Part shown: one piece after another, positions 40,042 through 52,909 of the stretch
How positions within the stretch are numbered: the stretch's first letter is position 1
Layout of the letters: the number at the start of each line of letters is the position of its first letter
Assembly (NCBI GenBank): GCA_964016885.1
Contig: OZ024743.1
Location: 275,838,001 to 275,902,000, forward strand
Direction of reading: 5' to 3'
Source of the DNA: Eledone cirrhosa
Lineage: Eukaryota
Length of the DNA: 64,000 nucleotides
Program-made: the position numbers and the translations under genes
Notes under the pieces: model-generated
The model's database searches: none
What the model was told of the DNA's origin: nothing
What the model saw: the letters and a program-made list of their open reading frames with translations, nothing else

Positions 40042-41221
40042 AGTGTCATAGAAAACTATATATATATGTGTGTGTGTGTGTGCATGTATACATATATATG
40101 TGCGTATATATATATATATATATATGAGTGTGTTATTTAGTGAAGAGTCCAAGTTCAACTGACAAGAGTTCATTGTTGACTGTATAGTTGAGTAGTAGCA
40201 ATGTTGATATCAATAAAACTTATTTCTATAAACAACTGCCAACGTCTTTCTTTTTATACATTACAGCGCTGGAAACATAAAAATCTACAATACTCAGAAA
40301 AAATATTATCCCCCACAAATAAATAAACAAAATGAAGATGAAGTAGACCAAAGGAAAAAAATGAGGAAACCATTTATAGTGTATGTGTGTGTGTAGGGGT
40401 GGGGGTGTAGAGGGTTTAGGTGTAGGCAGTTAGTCATTATCTCCAATAATACCAGATAAGTACACTTTGGTAGAACTGATGGAACAAACATAGCAGTCCA
40501 TCTCTTTCTCCTATACTGAAAGTGTAAAGGTGTTTTGTTAATTTCAATAATTAAACCGTTGTTGAAGTAATAGTAGTGGCCACTGTGGTGGTGGTGGTGG
40601 TAGTGATTGTGGTAGTAGAAGACAAATCAGCTTCTTTATGGTATTTCTGTTTTTATAAACAAAGGAAAGGGACACCTTCAGTGGAATAGGCAAAAGTGAG
40701 TACTTTACTACCATATACATATCTATCCATCTATCTACTTATTTATGCATACTCACACAATGATTTTCCTTTCCCAAGATGGTTGACTAACAACAACACA
40801 TCATTTCTCTCCTCTTCACACTTTTCCCTTTTTTTACACTCATCTGTCTTCCATTTTCTTCTCTGTCCCAACCAACAATCCTCAATCTTCAAATGAAGGG
40901 CTAGCATCCGAAACGTTAATACTCGTTTCTAAGTATATCAAACATTAAACTAATCATTGTATTATAGTGTCTTCCAGAGTTTCTTTTCTTTGATCACTTT
41001 TCTTTTCTTTTATATATATATATATATACATACACATATATATATATATATATACATACACACATGCACATACACACACACATCCTGATGATTTCTTTTG
41101 AATGAAACAATTTTAATCCTGTAGAAGCTATTCTCAAGCGTGACCTAATATTAACATTTTGTACTGCCTCTTCACTTCGTTGTTGTTTTTTTTTTCTATT
41201 TTAACTATAATAAATATACAT

Positions 41222-41807
41222 ATATATATATAAATGTATATATAGTCTATTTTGCAATACACTGTATGCTTAATTAAAAGCATTTTGAAGACCTTACGCT
41301 ATTGTTTTAAAGTAGTGACTATGTCACTTACTTCTTTTTTCAGCAAACAAAGGGAGATAAGATGACAGATCTCTGTTTTGTACTGTTGGTACTCCTCAGA
41401 GCTTAGCACTCGCTTTGCCTGCTGAAAATTATGAATGTTGGATTCTTATAGAATTCCAGTAATAATCAGGAACTGATTATACAGAGCGGTTGCCGGTCCA
41501 GCAAAAATTGAAAATTAGAATTGGTGCAAACAAAGGCAACCGCTCTGTATAATCAGTTCCTGATTATTACTGGAATTCTATAAGAATCCAACATTCATAA
41601 TTTTCAGCAGGCAAAGAGAGTGCTAAGCTCTGAGGAGTACCAACAGTACGAAACAGAGATCTGTCAGCTTATCTCCCTTTGTTTGCTGAAAAAAGAAGTA
41701 AGTGACATAGTCACTACTTTAAAACAATAGCGTAAGGTCTTCAAAATGCTTTTAATTAAGCATACAGTGTATTGCAAAATACACTATATATACATTCATA
41801 TATATAT
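41222..41807. repeat. Foldback inverted repeat: 273-bp arms (41222-41494 and 41535-41807) with a 40-bp spacer
   Basis: The arms pair with no indels (position sums constant at 83029) and about 5 mismatches; embedded in TA-rich simple repeat. Confidence 0.95.
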
Positions 41808-41830
41808 CGCTATTTCAGAGCACCAATCTA

Positions 41831-41889
<59 letters not shown>

Positions 41890-41899
41890 AAAAGGTGAA

Positions 41900-42010
41900 C
41901 AGAAATAACAAAGCAAACAACACAGTACAATGAAGAAATATATTAGTTTAATGTTTGAAATAATAAGGAAAGAGTGGTAACGTTTCAAACACCAGTCCTT
42001 CATCAGAAGA
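41900..42010 (-). repeat. Hammerhead-motif repeat copy with intact CTGATGA/GAAAC core
   Basis: Minus strand TCTT-CTGATGA-AGGACTGGTGTTT-GAAAC-GTT-A, then TTTCAAACATTAAACTAATA. Confidence 0.55.
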
Positions 42011-42387
42011 TAGAATGAGAAATAAAAAATGAAATAGAATGATACAGTGAAAAGAGGAAGGAACAGAAAAAACAAAGACGATAAAAAAAGTCACATCATA
42101 CTCAGCCAGCCATATATATAAATGAGTAGTGGTAATGCCAAGAGAAAATGTACTCATATACCATGATGTGGTTGGCATTAAGAAGGGCATCCAGCCATAG
42201 AAACTATGCCAAAATGGAACCTATCAGTAAAACAGTCAGTCATCTGAGCTATCTTTCTAAGCTCAGAATGTGACAACCTAACATAAGTAAGCATGGGATA
42301 TAGATATAAAACAGTGATGGTGATGATGATGAATGTGGTGTGTGTGGGTGTGGGTGTGTGTGTGGGTGTGGGTGTGTGTGTGGGTGT

Positions 42388-42443
<56 letters not shown>

Positions 42444-43586
42444 CTTCCTTTGATAACCTGTGATTCATAATATTCAATTCTTTGGGAACAGACAGAGAAG
42501 TTTTGATGCTGCATTAGAATAGACTATGACATTGAACAAAAGATAAATAATAAAAATGATAAAATTCTTGAGGGGTTCCAATCAGTAAGCCATACAACCC
42601 CTTCAGTTACACACACACACGGTGGTGGTGGTGTAGGTAGGGAGAGTCAAATGAACAACTGACTGAATGAATGAGATATTCATGCATACATCCATCCATA
42701 CATACATACATACACAATATATATATATATATAAAAGAAAAATACAAGTGTGAAAAGATGTAAATAAATGTAAGAGGGATTTTTTTTTTCCAATGCAGAA
42801 AATTCTCTCAAACTGTAAAGTTGTTTTAAAGACAAAATGGATTAGGGGAGGGGGGTAAGAGTTAGTTTTTTAAAAAGTGAGTGATTGTTAGTTAGGCCAA
42901 CAACAGAGGGGTAAGGTAAACAGGTGCAGTCTCTAGAGTCTAGCTACAACTTTCACATAGACACAAGCACACAGGCATACATACATACACACACATACAC
43001 TAACATACATACACACACACACATACATATATAGATATATACATACACACACACACATACATACACATATAGATACACACACACACACACACACACATAC
43101 ATACATACATACATGTTTTCCAAGCTGCTCAATATGAGATGATAGGGTGGTGGCGGAGGCACAAGTGGTGTGGAAGAGAGTAAGGATGTGTGCTATGTTA
43201 GATCAATGAATGGTGGATTAAAAAACAACAACCTCAGTTGGATGATGGGCTGTTGGGAAAGGAACACAGCCCTGCCTGCCAGCCATATCCTGTCTATAGA
43301 CACACACATTTTTTTTGGTGGGGATATTTATTTTTTGTTGTTGTTTCTCATCTACTACCAGTGTAAAGAGAGAGACCAGTGAATAACACACTAGCACTTA
43401 ACTGTGAACCAGTTTGAGTAAATACAAATCCCAAGTTGAAATGTTTTGTCACTTAAACAAATTCCAAAAGAATGGAGAAAGTAGGTCTTTTATAAAACAA
43501 ACTAGTTTATGGTGATTTTTTTTTTGTCAGTTTTTTTTTTTTCGCGTTTTTAAAAGGCAGAAAATGGTTTTAGGTGATTAAATAAG

Positions 43587-43658
<72 letters not shown>

Positions 43659-44055
43659 ATAGAAAAAAAGCAAAGGTTATCAACCAACACACAAACAGAG
43701 TTAGCCTGATTTTGTATCACAATAGAAATTGGCTGGCAGGTAAAGAGGTTTTATAGTGCACTTTTTTTTCTATCTTAAACACTAGCTTGTTGCTTTCATG
43801 GAGAGGAAGAAAAAACCTAATGGTCATATTAGTGCACTAGCTGCTATAAGTATATGTAGCCTCCGCAAACAACAATAAGCATATGTTCCTTCCACCATCA
43901 TTGTCCATCCCACCTCCAGCTGATAGAAAAATCCTATAAATAGTAATCTTGATAGAGGGGCTTGAGAAAGTAGATGTATTTGAAATTAGCTTTTCAATAT
44001 AAACATCATCATCTGCACATTAACAATATAAACAACAAATTATATATATATATAA

Positions 44056-44126
<71 letters not shown>

Positions 44127-44522
44127 CTTGAACAAGTGGCATTTCCTCAGTTAGGTTGTTATCCAAAAAAGCCACTTGTAAATAGTAGCTGAATAATTTG
44201 CTACTACAAGTAATTACTACATTACTAATATGCAATTTAAGTCTCTGATGTAGCTAAAGATATTTTCAACATCCTCTTTTATTTACTGCCATTATTATAC
44301 AAAAACTAAAATACTTTTTTTGTATTTATTCTGTTTTTAGGTTTAAATAAACACAGGAGTATGTATGAAAAATGGAAAATAAAACTAACTCAATTCTTGT
44401 GTGTAAGCTTACAAAAAGAGAAGATATATACATACATACACACACATATATATATATATACACACACAAATATAATATATTTATATATGTGTGTGTGTAT
44501 GTGTGCACAGACATATCTACCC

Positions 44523-44555
<33 letters not shown>

Positions 44556-45052
44556 CACACACATATATATGTGTGTGTATGTGTGTATTAGAAAAATGAA
44601 TGTGTATAGTTGTAGTTAGTGCCTTATATTGCTGTTTCTAAAAGACATTTTGAGACTGGTTCTTAATACAATATCTAAACAAGGAAATATATTAATTAAG
44701 TGGATGGATATAGACAATTTCAATTTTCACAACACGGAAATAATCATTCCTTAAGACTGGCACAAAACCATTAATTTGTAGAAGTGGGGATGTCTATTAG
44801 ATTGAATTGACTCTCCAGTTCATATTTGGTATTTATTATATTATGCACTGGGTAATTGCTGGCCTTGTGCCTAAAGTAGAAACAATTATATTATAGAAGA
44901 CAGAAGAAAATGCACTTAGAATGTGAAACAAAACTAAAGACTGCAAGGTGTTTTAGTTTACATCTATACCATTTCCCTATAAGGAAATGACAACCAAAGG
45001 AATATATGCTTTTATTCTTTTATATAGTCATTGAAATGCAACGATAGTGATG

Positions 45053-45330
45053 GAGGCACGTAGCCTAGTGGCAAGGGTGTTGGGTTTAGGATCATAATGT
45101 TGTAGGTTTGTTTCCTGAACTAGGTTGTGTGTTGTGTTCTTGAGCAAAACACTTCATTTCACGTTGCTCCAGTATACTTAGCTGCAAATGAGTCCCAGCA
45201 ATGGCTGGAGGTTTAACCCTGTGATGGACTGGCATATTGTCCAGGGGAAGTCTTGCACTCTCAGTTGCTTCATGCCATGGAAACTGAAATAAGTACCAAC
45301 TTAATGAGCCTCTGGGCTTGAGACAGACTT
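45053..45330 (+). mobile_element. SINE family F (relatives about 2680-2790 and 7325-7580)
   Basis: Head and core as in families B and E; tail GATGGACTGGCAT..TGTCCAGGGGAAG...CTCAGT.GCTTCAT.CCATGGAAAC. Confidence 0.65.
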
Positions 45331-46384
45331 TAGACTTTTTAGTTTCTTTTATTTAGTCATTGAAATGAAACAATAGTGAGTGAGGCACTGCCAGGGGGTG
45401 GAGGGTAGGGGTTAGCCATATCAATCTCAGTACTTATTTCAGTCCAAATGTACTTGCTTGGGTGCTTTTTTATCGTTACTTTCATTAAGAGCCGCAGGAG
45501 AGGGGGGGGGGGGTCAGAAGAGAGAGAAAAAGGGAGAAGAATAGCCTGATTAAGAGAGAGCAATAGCCAGAGAAAGAGAGAGAGAGAAGGGAGGAGAAAC
45601 GTATTCAAAAATAAACGCACGCACGTGTGTGTGTATATATATATTTATAGGTGTGTGTGTGTGTATGTGAAGGAGTATTGTCATGTAAGAGTATGTAAGT
45701 TTATAAAGGCATGTGCCTGTGTTTTAACATGGCTTGATTGCGCATATATGTATGATTATGATGTAATATATGTGTTTGCATGTATGTGTGCGCGTGCTCA
45801 CATATGCAAGTGTCTGATGGAATGTTTTAGCATGTTCAGCATATGTGTGTATGCATGTATTTTCTTTTGTATAAGTATGTAATGTGTGTGTGTGAATGCA
45901 TCTATAATAGTGAAGATGTGGGAAGGGTGATTAAATAAACATTTTGTGTAGAATAAATAATTAAATGCAATATTTTCTAAAGAAGCATGACAGCAGCAGT
46001 AACAACAACAACATGAACAGCAGCAATAATGATGACAACAACAACAATGATGACAAGAACAGTAAGAACAATAACATCAGTAACAACACCAGATTCAAAA
46101 CCACCAACACCAACAACAGTAACAACAGCATTATCAACAAGAACAAAAAACAAAAAACAAGGTATTTGACAACGAATAGGGGTTTCTTTTCAAAGGCAGC
46201 AGTTGTCAAAGCAATAAGTTTGGCAAGAACAGACAAGAAACAGAATTAGAGTATGGTAGGGGGTCAAACCATGACATAACAAGTGTTAATTATTCTGGAA
46301 AATTTTACAATGCCAGAAAACAATGAACTGTATCTCTGACACCTTCTTCTATACAAACTTGAGAAATTATTACTATTATTATTA

Positions 46385-46925
46385 TTGGCAGTATCAGTAA
46401 AGTGTCGGATAACATGCTTTGCAGTATAGAGTTATGTCCCTTTACATTCTAATCCCGCCGGGTTTGGCTTTGCCTTTCATCATTACGAGGTCAATAAAAT
46501 AAAGTACCAGTAACACACTGAGGTTGATTTAATCAATTTTCCCCACCCCCAAATTGTTGGCATTGTGCTTAATTCAAAAAGTATCATTATTATTATTATT
46601 AGGCTGGTGAATTGGCAGTATCAGTAGAGCGCCAGACACGCTGCTTTGCAGCATAATGTTACGTCCCTTTACGTTCTGAATTCAAATCCCACTGAGGTTA
46701 TCTTTGCCTTTCATCCTTACAGGGTCGATAAAATAAAGCACCAGTAATGTACTGGGGTTGATTTAATCGACTTCCCCTCCCCCAAAATTACTGGCCTTGT
46801 GCCTATAGTAGAAATCATCCCGCCGAGGTTAACTTTGCCTTTCATCCTTACGGGGTCGATAAAATAAAGTACCAGTAATACACTGGTATAATTGCTGGCC
46901 TTGAGCCAACAGTAGAAACAATTAT
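46385..46925 (+). mobile_element. Three tandem SINE family A copies
   Basis: GCCTTTCATC.TTACG.GGTC.ATAAAATAAAG occurs three times. Confidence 0.8.
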
Positions 46926-46952
46926 TATTAATATTATTGAAAAAATGTTAGT

Positions 46953-48241
46953 TTCTCTTTCATTCAGGGGTGAACTCTCTCTCCCCCTCCACCCCAACTT
47001 TGAGACACTCTTTCTTTCAGGGGTGAACTCTCTCTCCCCCCTCCACCCCAACTTTGAGACACTCTTTCTTTCAGGGGTGAACTCTCTCTCCCCTTCCACC
47101 CCAACTTTGAGACACTCTTTCTTTCAGGGGTGAACTCTCTCTCCCCCTCCACCCCAACTTTGAGACACTCTTTCTTTCAGGGGTGAACTCTCTCTCCCCT
47201 TCCACCCCAACTTTGAGACACTCTTTCATTCAGGGGTGAACTCTCTCTCCCCCTCCACCCCAACTTTGAGACACTCTTTCTTTCAGGGGTGAACTCTCTC
47301 TCCCCTTCCACCCCAACTTTGAGACACTCTTTCTTTCAGGGGTGAACTCTCTCTCCCCTTCCACCCCAACTTTGAGACACTCTTTCTTTCAGGGGTGAAC
47401 TCTCTCTCCCCCTCCACCCCAACTTTGAGACACTCTTTCATTCAGGGGTGAACTCTCTCTCCCCTTCCACCCCAACTTTGAGACACTCTTTCTTTCAGGG
47501 GTGAACTCTCTCTCCCCCTCCACCCCAACTTTGAGTTTCTCTTTCTTTCAGGGGTGAACTCTCTCTCCCCTTCCACCCCAACTTTGAGACACTCTTTCTT
47601 TCAGGGGTGAACTCTCTCTCCCCTTCCACCCCAACTTTGAGACACTCTTTCTTTCAGGGGTGAACTCTCTCTCCCCCTCCACCCCAACTTTGAGACACTC
47701 TTTCTTTCAGGGGTGAACTCTCTCTCCCCTTCCACCCCAACTTTGAGACACTCTTTCATTCAGGGGTGAACTCTCTCTCCCCCTCCACCCCAACTTTGAG
47801 ACACTCTTTCTTTCAGGGGTGAACTCTCTCTCCCCTTCCACCCCAACTTTGAGACACTCTTTCTTTCAGGGGTGAACTCTCTCTCCCCCTCCACCCCAAC
47901 TTTGAGACACTCTTTCTTTCAGGGGTGAACTCTCTCTCCCCCTCCACCCCAACTTTGAGACACTCTTTCTTTCAGGGGTGAACTCTCTCTCCCCCCTCCA
48001 CCCCAACTTTGAGACACTCTTTCTTTCAGGGGTGAACTCTCTCTCCCCTTCCACCCCAACTTTGAGACACTCTTTCTTTCAGGGGTGAACTCTCTCTCCC
48101 CCTCCACCCCAACTTTGAGACACTCTTTCTTTCAGGGGTGAACTCTCTCTCCCCCTCCACCCCAACTTTGAGACACTCTTTCTTTCAGGGGTGAACTCTC
48201 TCTCCCCCTCCACCCCAACTTTGAGACACTCTTTCTTTCAG
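46953..48241. repeat. 53-bp minisatellite, about 24 near-identical copies
   Basis: Unit CTCTTTCTTTCAGGGGTGAACTCTCTCTCCCC(C/T)TCCACCCCAACTTTGAGACA. Confidence 0.97.
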
Positions 48242-48589
48242 ATTTGATGTGAAAGAAACTATTACAAAATTGTCAACTCTTGGAGATATGGTGAGGAAGG
48301 AGAGTTGGAGATGGAGGTGGAGGGAGGGTTGGAGTGGAGATTAAAATGGAAGTTAGAATTGGGGTGGAGGAAGAGGAACTGAGGAGTTAAGGTGAAGGTG
48401 AAGAAAGAGGATGGGTGGGGGGAAGAGGAGGCAGAAAGGAGTTGTGTTGGAGGTAGAAGGGTAAGAGGGGTGGAGGAAGAGCTAGTGGTGGAGGTGGCGT
48501 TGTAGTGGAGGACAATGAGGAAGAGGCTGAGGAGGAGAGTCGGAGAGGTGAGAGAAATTAGGTCGAAGAAGAGTATGAGGGGAGGTGCA

Positions 48590-48760
48590 GGGAGAGTATG
48601 AGAAGAGATGGAGGGAGAGTATGAGAGGAGGTGGAGGGAGAGTAGGAGAGGAGGTAGAGGGAGAGTAGGAGAGGAGGTGGAGGGAGAGTAGGAGAGGAGG
48701 TGGAGGGAGAGTAGGAGAGGAGGTGGAGGGAGAGTAGGAGAGGAGGTGGAGGGAGAGTTC
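48590..48760. repeat. Purine-rich tandem repeat of 21-24 bp (GGAGGGAGAGTAGGAGAGGAGGT)
   Basis: Direct reading. Confidence 0.8.
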
Positions 48761-48974
48761 AGAACTCAAAGAGAAGATATTTTGATTCCTTAATGATTTT
48801 GAGAGAAAAAAAAAGGGAAATGAAGAAAAAGTAAAGGTGAGTAATGGTGTAGAATGAAGGGGATGGGGAGGATAGAGTTTGTGGAGAGGAAGGCAGAGGT
48901 GAGAAACAGTAAAATTGTTAAAAACAAATAATAAGAAGAAATAGAAACAAGCGTGCACACACACACACACATAT

Positions 48975-49021
<47 letters not shown>

Positions 49022-49272
49022 CATACATGTGTATGCATTTTTTGGGGACAACCGATATATATATATATGGGAAAGTAAATAACAACAAAGGAGTACAGTT
49101 ACGAAAGGTATTAGGTTAACGCTTAAGTGTGGGGTGGGGGTGGGTGCAACGTTTCAGGCATATACATGTATGTAGTATAGAGAAAAAGAAATTATATAAA
49201 CAGAGGAGGAGGGGAGAGAAAGTGACAAATAGATAGACAAGTAAATAGATAACTAGATATACACATGATATA

Positions 49273-49308
<36 letters not shown>

Positions 49309-49312
<4 letters not shown>

Positions 49313-49592
49313 TCATCATCATCATCATTTTACGTCTGTTTTTCCCTGCTTGCAAGGGTGGGACGGGAACTGATTCTGGTTTGATTTCTACAGCTGGATG
49401 CCCTTCCTAACACCAACCTCATTTACAGTGAGTGCTGGGTGCTTTTTTTTCCGTGGCGCCTACACGCCCACTTTGTAGTGGAATGATAGGGACCTCAGTC
49501 CTATCATCTCATTTCTACAGCTGAGTAAACTGGAGCAATGTGAAATAAAGTGTCTTGCTCAAGGAAACAACACATCACTCAGTCTGAGAATT
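49309..49592 (-). mobile_element. SINE family B, 5'-truncated, followed by an inverted duplicate of its core (49593-49648)
   Basis: Matches 26148-26430. GTAAACTGGAGCAATGTGAAATAAAGT (49525-49551) is repeated inverted at 49622-49648. Confidence 0.8.
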
Positions 49593-49654
49593 GTGTTGTA
49601 TCCTTGTGTTGTTTCCAAGAAACTTTATTTCACATTGCTCCAGTTTACATATAT

Positions 49655-50565
49655 ATCTTCATCATTTTACGTCTGCTTTTCCCTGCTTGCAAGGGTGTGA
49701 CGGGTCTTATTCAGCACAGCATCTCTCCACTTGTCACGGTCCTTCGTCATCTCCACCGTGAGCTTCAGCGATCTGAGGTCTGTTCTCACCACCTCCACCC
49801 ATCTTTTTCGTGGTCTACCTCTACCACGTCTTCCTTCAACTGGCAATTCCTGGCACTTCTTCACCCATCGGTCATCCTCCATACACATCACATGTCCATA
49901 CCACCTCAGTCTCCTCTCTCGCACACTACATTCTATCCCTCTCAGACACAGTTTCTCTCTCAACACATTCATGCTGGGTCGTTCACGCACATTGACATTG
50001 CACATCCAACGGAGCATGCTTGCCCCATTACTCTCCAGCCGTCGCATATCCTCTGCAGTTGCTGCCCATGTCTCACTACCATGCAGCACCGCGCTCCTCA
50101 CACAGGCATCATATAACCGGCCTTTCGTACGCAGGGAGAAACCCTTCTTCGTCAGCTGAGGAAGCAGCTTCCTAAACTTCTTCCAACCTGTCCTTATTCT
50201 AGATACTATGGCCTCGGAACCCCTCCCCCTCCTTCCCATGCTAATCTGATCTCCTAGGTACCGGAAGCCATCCACCACTTCTATAGCAACCGCCTGCATT
50301 TGAAAAATGTGTCTATCAATGCGACTTCTACTGTCTAATTTCCCTATACATCTACTGCATACGTATTTCTCCCTACCTGTTAGTTTGCTTGCTATCCCGC
50401 TACATCTCTTGTGTACCCAGGATCTGCATTGTGTGCATTTTATAGAATTTATGCCAGTTCCTTTTCTGCATATCGAACATGGCCATTTCCCTGGCGGAAT
50501 CAGAGTTTTGTCCTCTTTTCTACTCATCAACACTTTTGTTTTAGCTAGGTTCACTCTCAGTCCTC
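49655..50565 (-). mobile_element. 5'-truncated RTE-clade LINE; C-terminal about 300 codons of the RT ORF with an embedded PHD-like Cys/His cluster
   Basis: Uninterrupted ORF 49667-50554: GLRVNLAKTKV, CSIC...CTQC..WVHKRC...CSRC, FRYLG, LHGSETW, RLRWYGHV, GRGRPRKRW, DRDKWR; (TGA)-type tail. Confidence 0.92.
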
Positions 50566-50605
50566 TCTCTCTCTCTCTAAATATATATATTTATGATACA
50601 TATAT

Positions 50606-50645
<40 letters not shown>

Positions 50646-52737
50646 GCACACACACATACAGGGGGTGTCCAAAAAAATGTATACACATATTTATTAGAAT
50701 GCTGTTGAAATATGAATACATTTTTGGTTATACATAGTTAGGTACACACACACAATGCCAAGGAGATTCTCTTCAGACTTACCAGCTCCAATAGAAGAGA
50801 AGTCAACTAGATTACTTTCTATAAATCTCCATAAATAATACATTGCCCTCATTTCCTTCATGTTTTTTTTTTCCTTTGGTTTAGTTAAGTTTAGTTTCTA
50901 TCTAATATTTGTCACAAGAAGTGGAACAAAATAAAATCAAAACATATACCAAGACGGAAATAATATAAAAACAAACACACACACAAAGCAACACCAATAA
51001 AAGTTGCAGAAAAATATGTACGAATACATAAATATATGTATGTATGTATGTATATATATATATATATATGAATATCTTATTCAGCATCATTTTATGGCTG
51101 TTTTCCACACAGACACACACACACACATATATATGGAAAAGCAGTCATAAAATGATGCTGAATCATATATATATATATATATGGTTCAAGAAATGACAAG
51201 ACAAACTCAGATGCAAAAACACAGTCTTAATAGTATCACACTTAGGAGGATATATATATATATAGATGGCTGTATGTGTGAATGTATATGTGTATAAATA
51301 TGTGTTTGTATATGTGTATGTATGAAAAATATTACTAATACTACTAAAAAATTGATTCTTTAGTCAAAACTAAAAAGATCATCTGTCTATATTAAATAGT
51401 GTTAAATAGAGACTGAAGGCGTGGAGAGGGGGGGGGGGGGTAAAAAGAAGAAAAAAAAAACAAATTTTTAACCCGAGAGAAAGAGAGAGGAACCATTCCT
51501 AAAAAAAAATAACAACAACTGTAGAAAATTATTGACATATTCTTGACAGATCTTTCCCTACCCACCTCTGCCAGGATCACCACCACCACCACTGTAACAA
51601 CAATGATGATGTCGTTCACCACCGCTGTCACCACCACCAAGTGCAACACCGACGCTATCATCACACCACTGCAGCCACCAAAAATCTTCATCCCCACCAC
51701 CACCATCACTGCAACAACAACGATGACTTCGAATACCACCGTCACCACCATCACCAAGAGTAACACTGCCACCAGCGTCACACCGCCATTACCACCAGCC
51801 TTACTCACATCTACCAATCTAACAATTCTGATACTTACATTAAAAAGAAAAGAAGCTAAAAAATTATATAAATAAAATCCCCAAACAACATAAAAGCAAG
51901 CAATATATATACATACATATATATATACATACATATATATATATATATATACATACATACATACATACATATATACATATATATATATGAAAAAGGATGA
52001 AAGGAAAAGTAAAGCAATCTTGTTAAATGGTTTTGTCCAAGAATATCAAAAGAGCCACCAACATAGAATGGTTTTCCTACAAATTTAGACATTAACACAC
52101 AAGGAGTTAATTAAGACTTAGTTTATATAAACAAATAGTTTCATCTATTTCAAAGAGACACCTACACCAAAATATTAGTCCACCAATATTTGCCAAGTGA
52201 GATAGGGATGGGGTTCTTTTTCTAGAAAAAGGTGATACTGGAATTAACTTTAGCTGTCATTATATCAGTGGTTCCAAACCTTGCCACTACCACAGACCTA
52301 GTCCACCAATATTTATGAGGTGAGATGGGGTTGGGTGTTCCTCCTCCTGCTTTCAATGAACTATATGACTGGCATTACAACCATCATTCTCACACCACTA
52401 TTACCACCATGCTTTGCAGCATAGAGTTAAGGCCTTTTATGGTCCGAGTTCAAATCCTGCCGAGGTTTGCTTTGCTTTTCATCCTTATGGGGGGTCGATA
52501 AAATAAAGTACCAGTAATGCACTGGGGTTGATTCAGAAACCATTATATTAAAGGTTCTAAACCTTGCCACTACCACAACCTCTTTTATTCAAACGACTTT
52601 TCCCACAGAGCTTCCTGTTATAATTGCTATCGTTTTTATACAGAGAGAATAACAATTGAAAGAGGGAAATAGTTATACTTAGAGAAGAAGAATGAGACTC
52701 AGTAATAGTGTGTGTATACTATGATTTTAATGAAGTA

Positions 52738-52909
52738 CCATATTTCCCAGCGCCGAAGACTCTTCGTCCTCAAGGACGCATCCTAATTTTGATAACAAAA
52801 AATTTGAAAAAAAATAAATAATAAATAACCTTCGGCCTCCAGGACCCATGGTAGATTTTTGAGACTGATTTTAGGAAAAAAGTAGGGTCTTCGACGCTGG
52901 GAAATACAG
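52738..52909. mobile_element. pogo/Tigger-like MITE (172 bp)
   Basis: TA flanks; TIRs CCATATTTCCCAGCGCCGAAGAC / GTCTTCGACGCTGGGAAATACAG. Confidence 0.75.

Noticed and set aside
46953-48241. CRISPR array or repetitive CDS (MEGEREFTPERK...)
   Set aside because: Units are contiguous with no unique spacers, the context is eukaryotic with no cas genes, and the ORFs are short by-products of a 53-bp period.
51392-51970. Val-rich and Thr-rich ORFs
   Set aside because: Degenerate (CAC)n tract plus (TA)n; no recognisable protein features.
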